From Amoebophrya sp. A120 (Eukaryota > Protista > Dinoflagellata), in assembly GCA_905178155.1 (NCBI GenBank), contig CAJINV010000005.1, forward strand, positions 860,564 to 924,563: 64,000 bases of DNA, written 5' to 3'. Each line of letters starts with the position of its first letter. Positions within the stretch are counted from its first letter, which is position 1. The position numbers and the translations under genes were made by a program. The notes under the pieces are model-generated. The model saw nothing but the letters and a program-made list of their open reading frames with translations. It did no database searches and was not told the origin of the DNA. Below, piece after piece: positions 1 to 13,100 of the stretch.

Positions 1-3000
1 ATCTTGGTGAACAGGCGGCACAGAACCAAAAACGCGCTCCTGTAGCTTCGGGAGGGGTGGCGTTCCAGAAGACGAAGAGGACTTTTCGCGGCCCAGCGGA
101 GCTTCGCCGGCTAAGTGATCCAGCTCGGGAATAGAGCTATCGGAAGCTGCGATCGACGGGGAGCGATCGCGAATCGGATAATGTTGACCTGGGTTCATTT
201 TACCTATGTTGCCCACGACCTCTGGTCGTGGCAACAATAAAGCGTGCTGCTTCTGGTGATGTTGCGGAGCTTGCATGTGCTGCAGCTGCTGCGCTTGTCG
301 TATCTGCGCTATCCTAGGATCCTCATTTTCTTGGTTATTCTGCTCCAGCATCGCATTCTGCAGATTGTGCGCACCGGCCCAAGAAAACCGACTTCTCTTC
401 TGCTCAACAACTTGCGGTGAATTCGGCTTTGCTTTGGCTTTCTCCTTCGATGCGCCTCCCGCTGCGGAAAGAGCACCTCCGCGTTTCTTGTCTTTCTTCA
501 CCGGCGCAGCGACTCCACCTGTTTCTCCTTGTTCTTTTGGCAAGAACCTTCCGCCCGGGCCACGCTTCGGCAAAGCATTTTGCCGACCGGGCTGCGCTTT
601 CGGTTTCGCTCGCGCCCGAAATGCCGCAGCTATTGCCTCATTAGCCCTTGTCTTCGCTGCTCGGGTCCTTCTTCTTTTCACGGGCGGCTCGTCGCTTTGT
701 GATTTTTCCCGGGAAGAACTACGATTTCTTTGACGGAGCAATTGATTCTGTAGCTGTGCACTGTGCTGTTCGTCCTCCGGAGGGTTCTGCGGAGATGACG
801 ACGAGGAAGTAGAGTTTTCGCTTTCATCGTCGTTTTCCTCTCGGATATTCCTGTTGTTCATTCCCCCGCGGCCCGGAGCTTCCTCGTCGCTGCTCGAATC
901 TTCTGCCGATTCCCCTCTGTTGTGTGATGCGCCCGGAGCAGCTCCATTTCTATCGTCGCTGCTCGAGCTCGCCTCTTCTGCCGATTCCTCTTGTTCAACT
1001 GGAGCCGAACCGCTCGAATTCCGCTGTAGTTGCTGCGGGCGACCTGGCGCACCATCATCTTCACTGTCCTCACTTGAAGACACAGCGGCATCTTGTTCCT
1101 GCTTCCGCGCCAAAAACTTCTCTTCCGGCAAATTCATCTCTGCCGGTGATTTTTGCTGTGGTTCTACTTCGGGCACCGCGGGTTGCTGCTGCTCCTGCTG
1201 CAGTTCCTGTTGCTGCAACTGCAACTCCTTGTCCTCTACTGCTTCCATAATCAAGTCTTGACTCTGATTCCTCTTCCGAGGTCGCCCGGGGCCGCGCTTC
1301 ACTTGGTGCTCATCGTGCTGGTGCATGCGTGGCCGGCCACGGCCACGTTTTGCCTGCGGCTCTTGAAACAGCTGCTCTTCCCCCTGCTGCATGCGCGGGC
1401 GGCCACGGCCGCGCTTCGATGCACCATCACCACGCGCAGGCGGCAGCACAGGGACTTGTCCGGCCTGACCCCCTTTGCTTGTAGTTGGTGCAGCCTCTAG
1501 TAGATTTTTGGTCGGCTGGTGACTGTGCTGGCTCTGACGAGGCTCGTCTCCTACTGCTGCAGCGAAAAAGTCGGGCGATCCAACGACGTTAGACCGATTC
1601 TGAGGCTGAAATTGTGGTTGAGGTTGAAACTGTTGTGAGGACTCAAGCTGCTGCTGAGGCTGCTGTTCTTGTTCTTTCCCCTGCATTTTCCGTACCGCCT
1701 GCTGGTCTCGCCCCTGCCGCCCTAATGTTTGCATTTCATTTCCAGGATGGTGCGGCCGCTGTTGCAGAGGTACTACATCACGGGGATCAACATTCATCTG
1801 GGCAGCACGCCGTCGTGCTTGATGATGCTCAAGCTCCATATCCATTTGCGAGTGCTGCTGCATATGCTGTAACTGCCCCATCTGAACAGGTACCCCAGCA
1901 GCACCTGCGTGCCGCGAAGACGACGACGAGGAAGAGCCGCCGCGGCGCTGGACCACGTTCATACTCTCGTCCTGATGAAACATCAACACGCCATCCGCAG
2001 CGCGCTGCTGCTCGCCGAAGCCGCTGTGATTTTTTCCAAACGCCGCCGCAAAATGATCTTGTGGCGGTACGTGATGCCCGCCCACGGCCTGCGCGTTGAA
2101 CATCGCTCCTTCGAAGTTGTTCTGCGGTACTCCCGGCGCCTGGTGTACAACTAGATTCGGCATCCCCAACATCTCCGGTGGACGAGGAAGAACATATTGC
2201 CTCGTGTTCCGCCGAAATTTTGCCGGCAGAACCGGAGGCGCCTCCGCTGACGAGTCTGAAGATTCGCCATTTACTGCGTTCAACATCTTCCTGTCCCTGT
2301 TCTTTGGTTTCTTTTCCCCGTGCTGGTGGTAAAACGCAGAACTTCTGCTTTCCTCCAGCTCGTCCTCCTCCGCCTGCTCTTTCTTCGCTCTTCTGGCCGC
2401 CGCGCGACTCCCCCGCGCGCTGCCAGGCTGGTGCGGGCTAGGGTAGTTCTTATGGAGCTTCAGCTTGCTACTGGACGAAGGAGCAAAATAAATGTCGCTA
2501 TCGCTGTTTACCTGACTGGGCTTTTCATTCTCTCGCGAAATTCCAAGACCTTTCTCACAGCGCCAATCTCTGCTCCTACTCCGGGCGATCTTCGACTGTG
2601 GAGGCGTTTCTTGTATCCTATTTTGTGCCCCCTCCTGCTTTGGTGTTCTACTCTTTGCGGGTTTCTTTCTCCTGTTCTTCCCCGGCACCCACTCCTCGTC
2701 GAAGTCTTCATCTTCCGAAGAAGAAGTTTCTCCCTCTGCCGCGTCCATCTTCGCGATCTGGTGCCGCCACCCAAGCTTGTTGGTCTTTGTGTTTGTCTTC
2801 TTCGTCTTGTTCTTAGGAGCTGCACCAGCCCCCTGAAGATGTTGTTTGCTCCTCGACTTCGACGCTCTTGCTGCATTATGAATGACACCCCCCGGGGAAG
2901 ATGATGAAATTTTCACCTTGTTTCCTTCCCCGCTGACGCTGCCGTAGCCGCTCGAACTTGAAGATGCACCGGAACCACCTGCGATGAGGACATCGTTTTT

Positions 3001-3549
3001 TGTCGATTCTGCATAATTGCGCTGTAGTACTGAAGAAGGGGCTGCGGATGAGGAAAAAAATCCACCGCCGGGTCGGACAGCCCCGTCTCTTCTCGGTTCG
3101 AGCTCGTTCTGATGAAGCACGTCAGCGAATTGAAAGTCCTCCAAGTCAGCATCCGGCTGATGTGGAAGGACATCGTGCCGCGCGACTCCTTCGAAAAACA
3201 GGTTAAACCGTTCTTGTTTCTGCTGCACGTTATTATCTTCGAAGTGCTGTGATGGCGACGAAATGATTTGGTGACGCTGCAGCTCCTGCTGCTGCTGCCG
3301 CTGCTGCTCCCGCTGACGATTATACTCATCGAACTCATCTCTGTACCTTTCCGAAGTACGCGAAAGTGCCTGTCGCTGCTGTGGCATTACCTGCTGGTGG
3401 TGGCGCAGCGTTTCGTGGACTGCTGGAAAGCTGCTGTCCTGGTGATACAAAAAGGCGTCGCCCGGATAGTGCCCTTGCGACTGCGGCCCGCGCCGCTGGT
3501 GCTCTCGATGAGACACCTGTTCCATTGCTTCCGGCGGAAAGGCATCCAT
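1..3549 (-). CDS. Large low-complexity (Q-rich, acidic/basic) hypothetical protein, C-terminus runs off the window
   Basis: ATG at 3549 (MDAFPPEAMEQVSH...) follows an in-frame TAG. Stretches translated by hand are open. No minus ORF starting here is in the track, consistent with no stop before base 1. The plus-strand ORFs here look like antisense shadows. Confidence 0.65.
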   Translation of the reverse strand, partial: MDAFPPEAMEQVSHREHQRRGPQSQGHYPGDAFLYHQDSSFPAVHETLRHHQQVMPQQRQALSRTSERYRDEFDEYNRQREQQRQQQQELQRHQIISSPSQHFEDNNVQQKQERFNLFFEGVARHDVLPHQPDADLEDFQFADVLHQNELEPRRDGAVRPGGGFFSSSAAPSSVLQRNYAESTKNDVLIAGGSGASSSSSGYGSVSGEGNKVKISSSSPGGVIHNAARASKSRSKQHLQGAGAAPKNKTKKTNTKTNKLGWRHQIAKMDAAEGETSSSEDEDFDEEWVPGKNRRKKPAKSRTPKQEGAQNRIQETPPQSKIARSRSRDWRCEKGLGISRENEKPSQVNSDSDIYFAPSSSSKLKLHKNYPSPHQPGSARGSRAAARRAKKEQAEEDELEESRSSAFYHQHGEKKPKNRDRKMLNAVNGESSDSSAEAPPVLPAKFRRNTRQYVLPRPPEMLGMPNLVVHQAPGVPQNNFEGAMFNAQAVGGHHVPPQDHFAAAFGKNHSGFGEQQRAADGVLMFHQDESMNVVQRRGGSSSSSSSRHAGAAGVPVQMGQLQHMQQHSQMDMELEHHQARRRAAQMNVDPRDVVPLQQRPHHPGNEMQTLGRQGRDQQAVRKMQGKEQEQQPQQQLESSQQFQPQPQFQPQNRSNVVGSPDFFAAAVGDEPRQSQHSHQPTKNLLEAAPTTSKGGQAGQVPVLPPARGDGASKRGRGRPRMQQGEEQLFQEPQAKRGRGRPRMHQHDEHQVKRGPGRPRKRNQSQDLIMEAVEDKELQLQQQELQQEQQQPAVPEVEPQQKSPAEMNLPEEKFLARKQEQDAAVSSSEDSEDDGAPGRPQQLQRNSSGSAPVEQEESAEEASSSSDDRNGAAPGASHNRGESAEDSSSDEEAPGRGGMNNRNIREENDDESENSTSSSSSPQNPPEDEQHSAQLQNQLLRQRNRSSSREKSQSDEPPVKRRRTRAAKTRANEAIAAAFRARAKPKAQPGRQNALPKRGPGGRFLPKEQGETGGVAAPVKKDKKRGGALSAAGGASKEKAKAKPNSPQVVEQKRSRFSWAGAHNLQNAMLEQNNQENEDPRIAQIRQAQQLQHMQAPQHHQKQHALLLPRPEVVGNIGKMNPGQHYPIRDRSPSIAASDSSIPELDHLAGEAPLGREKSSSSSGTPPLPKLQERVFGSVPPVHQD

Positions 3550-4178
3550 TTTCTGTACCTAAACTTCTCAAAGAGACCTGGAACAAGTCCGTCTTCTACT
3601 CGTACTAGATACAACAAGGAATCATGACCACCTGGGAGGCTGATTATGGTTGCAGCGTGACCGTGAGCAGTACAGGAGTGCATCAATCGAAGCTGGCAAA
3701 GTACGCAACGACCGGACAAACGAATGCAAACGACGATGAGATTTTTTCAGTTGAGATGAGACAATATCGACGAGCCTGAAGATTTTTTCACAGATGATCA
3801 GTCACAGTCTCCGTGATTTACATCAGCACATGTCATTTCGAAGCATGCTCAGTATGGTCATACGATTTATCAAATTGAATATCGATGGCTGCAAACAAAA
3901 AGACTAGCACCACTCAACATCAGCTCTTTCCTAACACCGCAAACAAAAAGCCGGAACATCGTTCGCATCAGCAATACAACAAAACAGCGCATGCCCCATT
4001 TTGCATCCTCGGGCTGCAAACCACAACATTCACGTGCATCGTACCGCCCTGTGCGCAAGCAGGACGGTGATTTGAATTTTACTGCTAAAACCATCCATCA
4101 CCATCACTTGGAGGTCGCGCGCCAAAAGAACAAGCTCGGAGATGAGAAGTTCTCATAGAAGTCAAGCAAATCACAGCA

Positions 4179-7100
4179 CTACGTGACCACTTTCCCATTG
4201 AACTTCTTTTTTCTGAGCGCTTTGCTGACCGCCGCGGGCATCACCACGGGCGGCGCCATCCCCTGGAACGCGTTTCCGGGGATCACATCGCCTTCCCTGA
4301 CATTGTCGTCCCCCGGCACGCGCACCTGGGTGTCGTCTTCGTCGAGCAGCCCGGTGCGCTTCCTCTGCATCTTCTTCCCACCCCCCGGGGATTGTCGGTC
4401 TTCCAGCTGCATGAGCGACCGGTCGTGCGACTGCTGACTGGCGTCCAGCAACCCTAACAGTCCACCTCCGCCAGTCCCTGGCTGCATCATCCGCGACCCG
4501 CCGCGACTGGCCGCGCGCTCGTGCTTGGGGGAATGCGCCTCGTTCCAAATGTCGTGCAGCGCCGCCTTCTCGTCCTCGGTGAGAATTCCCCCGCGCTGCC
4601 GGATGCCCTCTTCGTTCCGCGCCCGCCAACTTGTCCTCTCCAGTTCGTTGTGCTCGTCGCCCTTGTAGGGCACGTACTGGACAAACTTGTTGCGGTCGAA
4701 GTTCATACTGCGTTCCTCCGCTGCGGCCAGCAGTCTCTCCTTCTCCTCTTCCGATATGACCGGTCCACCCTTCATGTGCGGAAAGCGCTGGGATAAAACG
4801 TTATCTGGTAGCAAACCCGGAATTATGTTGCCATCTGAATTATCGGGTTGTAGTTGCTGTGGTCCACCTCTCGGCTGCGCCTCCCCCTCCGTCATCGTGG
4901 GCACCGCGGTCGTGACTGCGGCTGGGTCTGTCTCGGAGACAACGGTGCCTGGGACGGGCGGCTGTTGGGGTTGATGCTGTTCTCCTACTTCCGGCGCAAC
5001 TTGTGTTGCCGAAGCTGCAGTACTACCTCCCGCAAGAGGTGGTCCTTCCTGGACTTGCACGTCGCCCGGGCTGTAGACCGCCCCACCAGGAACACCGGAA
5101 TCTGTGGACATGAAGGTGTCCGACGGACCGGTCTCCAGCATGCCCATGCCGCCCCGCATCTGCGAGAAGCCGTCGGAATTTTGGAGAGAAGCAACGGAGG
5201 AGGCGTTCTTTATCCTTTCCAGCTGATTCTGCAACGCTAGAGGAACGGTCCCGGTTCGTTGACTGAACTCTGTCAGCGTCTCGTGGTACGCGGGCCTAGC
5301 GCGGCTGAAAGCGTTGGCGGGGTCTTTGGCAACGCGCTCGCGCTCGGCGACCTACAGAGTTATTATTCCATACTTCGACGCAGCATCGAGTATGTTGATG
5401 GCCTCACATTAATGTAAGGAAAAAAATAAACACAACAAAAAAAAACGGATCGTAATAAACAGTGGTGACAGACTTGGATTTCGACATCCAAAAGCGCATG
5501 AACAACCTACCTCCAGCTCCACCCGTTGCTGTGCTTGCGCTTCTTCGTCTTTCCTCGCGATTTCATCCAAAATCGCCTGGGTGTATTCGTCCACTATTGG
5601 CTCCCCGGACTTCTTCGCCTGCTTCGACTGCGAAATCGCCCGGCTGTATTTCGTGACGTACGGCTGGATCTCCTGCGCCGCTTCCTCTCGTTCCTGGATC
5701 GCTCGCCGCTGCTCGTCGGTCAGCTCCTTTGGCCTGTATTTCTCGATCATGGTCTTGAAAAACCCCGCGCCCGGGCGGATCTTGTTGAAGACGTTGTTCC
5801 GCAGAATCCCCTCGCCAAACTTATCAAATGCAAAAATGTCTGGGTCTGGAAGAGTGCGAGTTTGTGATGCTGCAGCTGGATTCTACAAAAATCTGTATTG
5901 CATACACAGCAAAAGAGGTCCAGTTTTTTCCATTGCGAGTATAGGCATTTCTCATGCGGTATAGGCATCAGAAAGCCCTCACAAAATCTGTGACGCTAGG
6001 GCATGCATCACAGACATCAGGACTCATGCAAAATGTGCATGACAAACCTTGTATCCTTCCAGACCCAGACATTTTTGCATTTCATAAAACTCCGGCTCCA
6101 CGTACAAGTCTTGCACAAACTCCGGCTCGTACACCTTCAAATACTTCTTCCGCAAGTAGTGCACCGTGATCGGCATCACGACGCAAAACAGCAGCCCGGC
6201 GATAATCATGATCTGCGCGACGGGGGAAAAATCCTCCTCCCCATACACCGGCGGCAGGGGCGGCACGTAGGGGTTCGCCTTCGCGTTGGCCGCGGCTTCG
6301 GCGTTTTGATCATACACCACCGGGCAGTTGTACAGCTCCGGTTCGTTGCACAAATCCCCCGCGCCGCACTGCGACCACACCCGCGGATTTAGTGCTTGCG
6401 GGCGCAGGGCGTTCAGTACGGAGATGTGCCGGTTGAGAAAGGAATTGCACCTACCGGGATAGTTCAACGGAAGACCGGTAAGCTTACACACAAAGCGGTT
6501 GGTGTCCGCTTCCACGTAGGTCGTCACGCAACAGTGCGCGTACCTCCTCCCCTCCCGGGTCCGGTCGTTCTGGCAGAAGTTGTAGCTGGTGAACTCCCGG
6601 TTCTGGCAGATCAGGGGCGGAAAAATGTCCCGCTCCCGCGTCTCGTAGCAAAAGATCGACTTCTGCTTCTGTTGCGTCTGAAACAAGTCTGCAATGTCGT
6701 CCGGGTCCTTCTGCCAGGGGCACTTGTAAATTCTTTCCCCCCTCCTGTCGACCGTGAAGTCCCCGGGGAGCGAGTTGCACTTCGGCGTGGTGCACTGGAC
6801 GAGCTCGGTCACGTTTAAATCCCCGTTCTGCGCGAAGTACGTGTTCAATTGCTTCTCGCTGTATTCCGGACTGTCCCGGAGCCACTTGAGCCGCCGCTGT
6901 TTGATCTCCTGCATGGTCTGGAAGCAACCGACGGGGGCGCCGTAAGCCAGGCAGTAGCTACCATGCTCGGGGTCGTTTTGGACCTGCGCGACGCAGCACT
7001 TCGTAAACTTGGGATTCGGGTCCACGAAGGCTGTATATGGAAGTAGAATAGGGATTAGTATGCTTTTATTGCTGTACAGTCGTTGAAGACACCATACTAT

Positions 7101-10100
7101 CATACATAAACTATCAAAAACGACCGTCTGACAAGGAACACGAAACATCACAGATCTGAACGTTTTATGAAAAGTACGGTTGTTAGGATTGTAGGTCGTC
7201 GTCGTGGTCGTGGTGGTCGCAGGCCAGTGAGCGAGCGAGTACGTTGGCATTTCGGGGAAAAAATCGTAATCCGAAACGCAGAAGATTTCCTCCGTTTCCC
7301 GCGGATTGGGGATGTCCGGTAGCGTATCCTGAGCAAAAACGTCCCCACACCAGAGTCAAGTTGGCAACTTAGCAACACAAATGTAGAAGCTTTGGGAGCC
7401 ACGCATGACAAGTTGCAGTCCGTAGTGTAGTGCAGGTTCGTAAGGACACCCGCAACACAAATCCACCTGCTCATCCTGTTTTCAGCATTACAAATTCCAC
7501 AACACCACTAGAAATGCCTCTCACGGGGACCCGCATTACAAATGTTTCTGTAGATGCAAATCTGCATTGCAACTATGGGGTGGGGACGTTTTTACACAGG
7601 ATATAGCGGGCTTGGAATCACGCGGTTGTCGCTGGCGTCGTATGGATTGCAAAAATGTCTGGGTCTGGATGATTGCAACTTGTCATGCTCGACCTGAATC
7701 AGGCAAAAAACTGTGTTGCATGATTGCCAAAGGTTGCGCACTTTTGACCTAATCGAGATGAGGCAGTTTCTCATGCAGGATAGGCATTAGAAAGGCCCCG
7801 CAGAGTCTGTCGTGCTATGTCCTACATACCGGACCTCATGGGCCATGGAAAACCTGCATGACAAATCTGGCAATCTTCCAGACCCAGACATTTTTGCAAT
7901 CCATACGTCGTAGAAGTAGTTGAAGCCCCTGGTTTCCGTCCTGTCGCACTGCGTGTAGCCGTACCGGCGGTAGTGGCCCGCGGGCGGAGTCACCAGGCAC
8001 TCGATGGGCGGGTCCTTCTCGTCGCTCGGCAACGGCGGGTCGCAGTCGCCGCCGTCGTACGTCCACTCCGGGCAGAACAGGTTGAAGCCATTTGACACGG
8101 TTCCGTCGTCGCAGGTTCCATCCCGCATCATGCCACTGCTCATGCCATCGAGCAATCCCTGGTCTGTGCAACGGTTCGCGCAGTCGCGCGGAAGCTGGAC
8201 ACCGCCCTCCTTGGAAGCGATAAGCCGACACTCGAGGGAAGAGGATCTGAGATGCGATACGAATTAGTTTTGCATGTGGGCGGTGAATTCGAATCTTATT
8301 GCATGATTCGTCGCCCTCATTCGACAATAAAACTTGCAAGTCCAAAACTCTTCCAAGTAGTACCTTCAAATAAACACAAACAACCATGCATAGTGATCAT
8401 CAGCAACATCACCGTACTGGTACTTACCTGAGCCCGTCGACATACGGGTGCGTAATTCCGATCTCGTGGTCGTGGATGTTGCCGCGGTAGATACTCTATG
8501 AAATGCAAAAATGTCTGGGTCTGGAAGATTTTAAACTTGTGATGCTGTCTCTGGATCCAAAAAAAATTTGTATTGCGTGACCAGCAAGACGACTCCATTT
8601 TGGGCTAAACGGAGAGGGCATTTCTCATGCGGTAGAGGCATCACAAAGTCCTGTATAAATCTGTGATGCTCGTGCATGCATTACAGACTTCACGGGTCAT
8701 GCAAAATATGCATGACAAATCTCGCAATCTTCCAGTCCCAGACATTTTTGCAATGCATATACTCGGCCGCGCGTACCCGATGATCCGGTTTGGTTCCGCT
8801 GTATGGAACTGTCAGGTTTGAAATCGTCAAAGTTGAAATAGTTTGTCATGCATAAAACGGATACCAGTTAGACCTACGGTTTGTAGTCGGTGCATGACAC
8901 CATTTTCCCGGTCCTGGAAGCGAGTCTGTCATGCGGTTTAGGGCAAAAGAGCTGCCTTCTGTCATGCTAGTCAGCAGTCCAACTTTTGACCCTTACCAGG
9001 ACTATAATCTGCCTCCCGTGGGTCCTCTGCAATAGAGTCACTTTTTGTGTCGCATTTTATGCATTACAAATTATTTCAACTTTGACGATTTCAAACCTGA
9101 CGCTTCCATACGCTGCGGACTCGTAGTACACCGTGTCCGGCCCTTCGTACGTGACCCAGAGCATCTTGTCCCGGTTCCGGGTGAGCATCTCTAACCTGAT
9201 GTAGTGATTCCCCGCTAAGTACACCTGTTTTCGCGTCTCCAGTCTCTTCTGCAGCGGCTCGTTCGTCAACTTTTGCAGGACGACTTCCGAGGAGAGTCCC
9301 CGGCCGCCGAAGAACATCTGGAACATGGCGTCCGTCTCGACCCGGATCGTGTAGTTCCCCGGCCGCTCGAAATTCACCACGCCCGTGAACCGGGCGGCGT
9401 ACGGCTTGGTGTAGTCGAAATCGGGGATCGGGATGGGGTCCGACACGTCCGTCCCGGTGTCCCGGCTCCACGGGTGCTGGTTCGGCCAGTTCGCGAGGCG
9501 GACCATCGGTTTCCCGTCGAGTTGCACTTCGGGGTGGAACGGGGTCACGAAGAACAGAATCTCGTGGAACGTCCGGCCGTAGTACTTCGGTTCGTCCGCG
9601 TTGAGAGGCGGTGGCGTTGTGGTGGGAGCTTTGGTAGAGGTCGAGGTGATAACCAGGGGCGTGGTGGTAGTCGTGGTCGTGGGAGCGAGAGTTTTCCAGT
9701 TCGGCGGGTCGGTCACCACGATCGCAACCTGGTCCGGCTCGGCTTGCAGGCCACGGGTGGAAGTTTCTTGATCTGTCTTGGTCTTTTCCTTGTTCTCGTT
9801 GTTCAGGATCTTGTTTTTCGCATTTATTTGTGGAAGAGATGAAGCTTTTTCAGCATGAGGCGCAGGTGCTGGATCGCCAGCTTTATCATTTTTCGAATCG
9901 TCAGAACCAGTCTTCTTCGCCGGCCCAAATGTCCCGGTATACGTGTTCCGCATCACCGGAGTGCGCTTCAGGAAAGTTGACGGGTTGCGCAAATACCCCC
10001 ACCAGGGGTCGTCGGCTTCGAACAGAGTGCGGTCATCCGGATGGTCCGAAATTTCCTTGAATTCCTTCTTTTGCATCTTCCGCACCTCTTCGGCCGCCAG

Positions 10101-13100
10101 GTCTTCGGGCGTCTTTGTTCTTTCAGCTTCGCCGTTTTCATTTCTTTTTTCCTGTCGCTGCCCTCTCGCCATCTCCTTTCGCTGCTTCTCGGCCAGTTCG
10201 CGATCTTTCCGCTTCATCTCTGCAAACTCCTTTTCGGTGTATCGTGGCAAGTTGAAAACGTCAAGCTTCTCCTTGCCGGCAAGTTGGCGGTCAAAAAAAT
10301 CGCGAAACTGCTCTTCGGTCAGCTGCCAGTGCTTGTTTTCGCCGGTCATCTCACCTTCGCCTTGCTCGCGAGCTGCAGCTGCTGCGCTTTTTGTCGAGGC
10401 TAAATTGTCTTGCTCTTTCGGCTTCAGCGCTCTATCCACATAATTCCCCTCCACCTCTTCGTCCTTCACAATTCTCGCGTCGTAATCCAGAACCACAGAT
10501 CTTCCCCGCATTCTGTCCTTATTTTTCTCTGACAAACCCAGCAGTTTCCAGAAGTACTCTCGCGCCAGCTGCCGCTTTTCCTGCTCGTCATCCAGTTTCC
10601 CGGCGGCGGAGGCCCGCGGGATCTTCAGCATCTTCTTGTTGGCTAGTGGTACTCGACGCGTCTGTAGTTTTATGTGGTCTCCCTTGTCATCTTTCTCTTC
10701 CAATCCCAGCTCCCGCCGTAGCTGCCTCGAGCTCCCGATCTGGTCCACCCGCTGCACGGTGACATGCTGATTGAAGAACTTCTCGCCGAAAGTCTGCGTC
10801 CTCCGCTCCTGCGCGCGGGTGGTGTAAATGTAGTCGGGGAACATGAAGTCATACGACCGCTCAATCGGCCCCCACCAGTCGGCCTGCCACTTCGGTTCGT
10901 TAAGCGGAACGTAGGCGTTGCCGGGAACGGTGGTCCACTGGTACCCATGAAAGATTTGCAGCTCCGGAAGGTTCGGGTCCGCGATCAGCTGGTGGGCATT
11001 TTTATGGCGAAGGGAATCAACTGTCAAAAATGCAACGCAGTTCAAAGAAATGCTCCTGCTTGTGCAAAAACATCCGTACGAAGACAAATACTGCGCCTCT
11101 TGGTCTATCGAAAAGCAGACAAATTTATATCGCTATTAAAATTTCATACATAAAAAAATACCTCTGGCGTGTTCACCAGCTGCACCCCGATTCCGAATTC
11201 GATGTCCCGTGTGACCAAATTTCCGTCCACGTCGCGAATGTCTTGGCGCCACGGGAAGTCGTACAGCTCCGCGCCGGGCGAGTACCCCGCCCACCGGTAT
11301 TTGAAGAGCATGTGCGAGTCGTCGTCCGTGGTGATCCCCAGCTGGCGCAACGGCGTGCCCCGCACCTTGCACTTGTTCCGGTCCACCAAGTTCGTGTTGA
11401 TCAGCATCCAGTGACCGTCGTTGGTGAACTCGTACTTGAAATCTCCCCGAGCGGTGGCAAAGCGGGTTGTGGAAGATTGGACAGAGAAGTAGTCCTGATC
11501 CGCGCCGGTGCAGTTGTGGAAAACCGCCCCGATGACGGTCTTGACTGGGGTCGTGTCTGGGCCTTTGTATTGCAGCGCGAAATCCACGTTTTCGAAGCTG
11601 TACACCTTAAACCGCCGCGCAATCGTGATCCGGAGGGGGTGGAAGCCTGCGCGCATCCAGCGGAACCGCTCGATGGTCCGTGGGTGTGGCGTGGCGCCCT
11701 GGTTGGTCACTTTGTCGGAGTCGCACTTGATGTCCGGGATGTGCATGGCGTAGATCGAGAACGGCTCGCAACCGTTTTCCGTGTTGAAGCAGATGTCGCC
11801 TGGTTTTTTGATATGGTGTGGTTATTTCACATCATGCAAAAGCAAAACACGAACAAACTATTGCAAGCTGCAAGTTTCATCTCATGCTTTCATCAGCATG
11901 TTGAAGAACCTCATCATACTTTTACACGTACTAATTTGTACCTGCGGGAATCCGACTCGGGTACAAGGGGTCTTGGCACACCGTCGTGTCCGCCCCCTGT
12001 ACCCGACACTCGGTCCCGATCGCCCCGCTCATGTGCTGCTGGAGCGAGGACATCTTCAGATTCTGGATGCGCGACCGCGGTCCGCACGCGCCGTCGTTGT
12101 AGCCGAATCGGTCCCCGCCCTTGCAGTGGTCGTGGCCCATCATGAAATTGACCTGTGCCGCGGTGGACGTGAGGCGGAAGTCGTAGCGGCCCGGGTTCCG
12201 GATTTGCAGGTCCCCGGACAGTATGAACTGCAAAAATGTCTGGGTCTAGAAACTTGTAATGCTGCGCGGGGAGTGGTGATTGCTCTGTAATGCACAGCCA
12301 AGCATGAGAAGACAGCGCTTCTTTGTGTTGCGTTTTTCGCATGACAAACTGCGTTTTTGCATGACAGGCAAAAGGGTCTCTTCTTGGACACGCGTCACAA
12401 ACTTTTTGGCCATGCCTGACAAGCATGACAAGTCTCGCAATCTTCCAGACCCAGACACTTTTACATTTGATAGACAGGACGCCGAAAAAGTTCGCTTGAA
12501 AGGTGATGGTGCCGGAACAGAAGTATTCCAGCCGGAAAGCCTGGAACTTCATGTGCTGTGGTTTTAAAAGTAAAAATCGACGAGTAAAAAGCTACAGACT
12601 CGAATCTGGACATCATCATCATGTTCAAAAGTAAAAAAGTACGATCGGATCCGTATCCCCGAACACGTTCCTTGACAAGATCTCGGTCCGCAGCTCGAAT
12701 TCTTGCTCATCGCCATTCACAGCCAATAGTCGATACCCCAAACGGAGGTAGGCCGCCGATGCGAACCCCTCGCGATCTCGCAAGGGTGATCCGGGTGGCT
12801 GCTGCTTGGGGTACAGAATGTAGTCGATGTAATACTTTTGGTCTCGATGATCACGCCTGAACCCCAAGTCGACCCGCGCCTCCTCGACCGTCGGGTAGAA
12901 AACCTCCGGGTACCGGTCCGTGCGTTCGATCAGGTTCCATTTACAGTTCTCGGGCGTCAGTTTCTGGATCTCCATGCCGTCAACCTCCGTTGTTTGCACC
13001 GTCGGGACTTGCCCGAGGAAGGCGTCTTCGAGAGATTCGAGGTTGCAGGGCAAGTCGTCGTTCTCATAGTCGAGTTCATAATACTCCCCCAGCAACCCCC

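Noticed and set aside
275-3627. Plus-strand ORFs here and across the window (e.g. 11030-12145, 19074-19859, 42075-42836)
   Set aside because: Antisense shadows of GC3-rich minus-strand exons, with no motifs of their own.
7031-7177. Hydrophobic segment in ORF 6024-7250 as an extra TM helix
   Set aside because: AT-rich, bounded by GT...AG and 147 nt long; better explained as an in-frame canonical intron.
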